In this document: positions 28,399 to 30,927 of the stretch, in pieces | Layout of the letters: each line of letters opens with the position of its first letter | Position numbering within the stretch: position 1 is the stretch's first letter | Assembly: GCA_963830915.1 (NCBI GenBank) | Contig: CAWHOE010000050.1 | Location: 1 to 30,927 of the forward strand | Reading direction: 5' to 3' | Length of the DNA: 30,927 nt | Origin: a candidate division FCPU426 bacterium | GTDB lineage: Bacteria > Oederibacteriota > Muellerivitia > Muellerivitales > Muellerivitaceae | Notes under the pieces: model-generated | What the model saw: only the letters and a program-made list of their open reading frames with translations | Told to the model about the DNA's origin: nothing | The model's database searches: none | Translations under genes and position numbers: made by a program

Positions 28399-28934
28399 GT
28401 GCCCTCCAGTCCGTCCCGCGTCGGGGCTTCGCGCCTCGAAACAGCACATCCTGAGTCACTTCGGTGCTCTTTCGAGTCCTCTGGCTTCAACGCCGACCGG
28501 CAAAACACGCAGCCCGCTAGGGGATTGCGCACAGCATGAGGATCGGTTGCGAACTTCAGGGATCGCTGCTGCAGAATTGTGACGGAGAAGGAACGGCCGT
28601 TTCAGGCTTCTGCTCCGGGGGATCATCGCAGCGATCAGTATTTTCGCAGGCGGTACCGAGTTTCGCAATAGAAGAGATTGCCTGTCAACTGGCCGCTCGT
28701 GAGATGAAATAAGTCGCTCAATCCCGAACGGTTAGTTCGTGAGCAATTGCGTTCCTGGAGCGCCTCGAGAGACACGAAATTGGAGTGCATTGTCGGACAC
28801 GACGAGAGTCTTCACGAGCCACTTCGGAATTTCAGCGGACGCAACCCTGTTTGGTTTGCATCTGCGTCATAAGTTTTCGCGAGGCTCCCTACTGGGTGGG
28901 AAACTTCCTCGACGAATCTTCCGCCTTTGTTCAG

Positions 28935-30560
28935 CTATTTCTTTTTCGCGAACAAGGCGGCAATGGATTTCTTTTTCTTCTCGACGATGCCTCCGACATC
29001 GGCGGTGATGTAGGGATTCTCGGGCGTCCCGACGACGCGCAGGGGCACTCCAGTCGTGTTCTTTGAAGTCTCGCCTGAACCATTTAACTTCGTGAGCAAT
29101 CCCGCGCCGACTCTGCCGATGCCTTGTGCCGATTCGATTCTTGCGACGAGGTCGAAGTCCAACTTATCAGGAGAAGTACAGTCCCGCTCCCGGTAGCTCG
29201 CCCACCGCTGGAAGCACGGCGTCGATTCGTCAACAACAACGACTGCGTTGGTAATGTGCACATTTGCCCGCAACTTATCAATAGTCGTCGTGTCTCCGGT
29301 TTTCATACCGCTCAGTGCGGCGATGCCATGAATTTTTGAACCGACGTCAAAGCCCACCAGGCGTGTGTTGTCGAGCGCGATCGGCCCGCTAATGACGGGC
29401 GATTTTGCCGGGCCGATGACGGCAAGGTTCAAACCTAGCGTTCCGCCCTTCAATACAGCTCCGTTTGGCAGACGAACGCCGGCCGCAGTCATCAAATGTT
29501 CGAGTCATCGATCGCCAGGCTTTGCCCGGTGAGTTTCAAATTCAGCTCCCGCTCAACCGTGCCGGCGGCGACAGGCCGATACGTTCCGCTCACATGGAGC
29601 GCGCCGCCGCCGATCGTTGTCATGGCGTCCTCGATCTGCCCCGAGTTTTCCTTCAGTAGATGGGTGCTGCTGTAACTGAAATCCAGCGGCTCCGGCACTG
29701 CGGCGCCGCCTTTGCGCAGCTTCAGATTCTGGATATGCATCGTGCCCTTAGTAGTGAGCATGTGCCCGTCGGAAGCGGAGCGCACTTCGATGTCCGCAAG
29801 GCATGACAGACCCGCGTCGTGAGCGAGAAATCCGGCGGCAACCGGATCCAGCCGCTTTATGGAGATTCGCGCGTCGGCGGGGCTGGTTGCCGCGTCGACC
29901 CGATTTAACGGGCCGACGTGGCCGCTGATATGAACATCGCCCCCGCCGGGCAAGTTCGCGCTTAGCTCGAATGGAAACTGGGAAGTCGAAGGAAAAGTCG
30001 CGAACGCTAAAACTCACGTTTTCATACACGCTGGGTTGGTCGCGCGCGGGAATGCTTGCGACTACGACGCGGCCGTCCTCGATGACGATGCGTCGAACGT
30101 CAAGGACCGGGAAGTCCGCCGCAGAAGCCGCCGAATTCCCCGAAGCTGCCTCCGCGACAGCGCCGCTGGCGGGAAGGCGGCTAACGCTCGAAAAATTCCA
30201 CGTGCCATTCGTCGCGCGAATTAACGTGATTTGCGGAGATGTGATCTGAAAACTTCTGACAATCACCTTGCGCGAGAAAATCAGCGGCCGCATGAAGACA
30301 CCGATGCGGACCTCTTTCGCCGTAAGAAACGGGGCGGCGCAAAGTGGGATCGTCGGCGACACTGAGGTCTTTGGCGATCAGGCTGCCAGAGAGAATCGGA
30401 AAGGCCCAGGTCTCCTAATGTCACACGGCGGCCAAGCACGTGGTGAGTTGCGTTTCGATGGTGGGGCGGAACGTGTTTGCGTTCACGAAAAAGGGAATCG
30501 ACGAAGTCCCAGGACCACGAGACCGACGAATACCAACAGTATTTTCGTCCAACGTTTCAT
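28935..30560 (-). CDS. AsmA family protein (multiple frameshifts)
   Basis: ATG 30560 (MKRWTKILLVFVGLVVLG TM anchor), VNANTFRPTIETQL, APFLTAKEVRIGV..RPLIFSR, GTWNFSS and C-terminal GVPLRVVGTPENP. Pieces are spread over several frames. Confidence 0.8.
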
Positions 30561-30927
30561 TGAGAACCTCAGCGCGATGGGGTCGAAGAACAGGCAAACT
30601 TCGAGGCGTCGGGCGGCAAAGCCTTTATGCGTCGATTCGATCCCGACCCGCGCCTCCAATATGTGCAGTACGTATCCACTGAAATCCGCAAGTTGACCAT
30701 GGGCCGTCGTTCATTCTGGTTTGTTCTCAATCGGGCCACTGCAAGCGGACGAACAACGACTGCGAGCGTCTTCAGCGCGATCGCCGGCACACCTGCAGTT
30801 GCAAATCTCAAATCCTTCCCACCAGAGTTATCGCATGTTTGAGATAACTTCCGATCCCTATTCTGCAACGGCGAATCCAGAGGTCGCCGTGGCAACCAAT
30901 CAGCGGCTGAGATTCGAGCCATGAGAC

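Noticed and set aside
28660..28690. sigma-70 promoter for the bEBP gene (perfect TTGACA on the - strand)
   Set aside because: There is no convincing -10 element at 16-18 bp spacing, and it lies about 280 bp from the start codon.
28935..30560. AsmA as a decayed pseudogene
   Set aside because: Every gene in this segment has similar indels, which points to low read accuracy rather than gene-specific decay.
25880..30927. Prophage or genomic island inserted after mpg
   Set aside because: There is no integrase, att-like direct repeat or tRNA. The boundary coincides with an adapter remnant and truncates genes on both sides.

Overview
The window appears to be two unrelated pieces of bacterial DNA joined at about 25,840-25,880 by a degenerate Oxford Nanopore adapter-like sequence, so it is probably a chimeric long read or contig. 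Segment 1 (1-25,840, almost all + strand) is chromosomal DNA of a probably diderm bacterium. It carries an RlmI-like methyltransferase, an AT-rich GxxExxY nuclease cassette, a glycosylation cluster (epimerase, GT4, O-antigen-ligase/TPR, DUF2723), a ChdC/Cld-family gene, a NUDIX-GNAT fusion, a GH92 mannosidase, rpsB-tsf-pyrH-frr-uppS-cdsA, a motif-degenerate galactokinase, three putative outer-membrane proteins, mtaB, a methyltransferase, HIT, rpsU, yqeY, mpg and a truncated GH2 gene. Segment 2 (25,880-30,927, - strand, many frameshifts) carries AsmA, a sigma-54 activator with no sensory domain, a -24/-12 promoter, a small hypothetical gene and the 5' part of a contractile tail-sheath gene (eCIS-like). 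The most striking unexplained structure is the GxxExxY gene. It is bracketed precisely by inverted 10-bp-period CACAGAT repeats, and the right-hand repeat is interrupted by a 79-bp two-hairpin mini-element with TGCCGA ends and a CA duplication.
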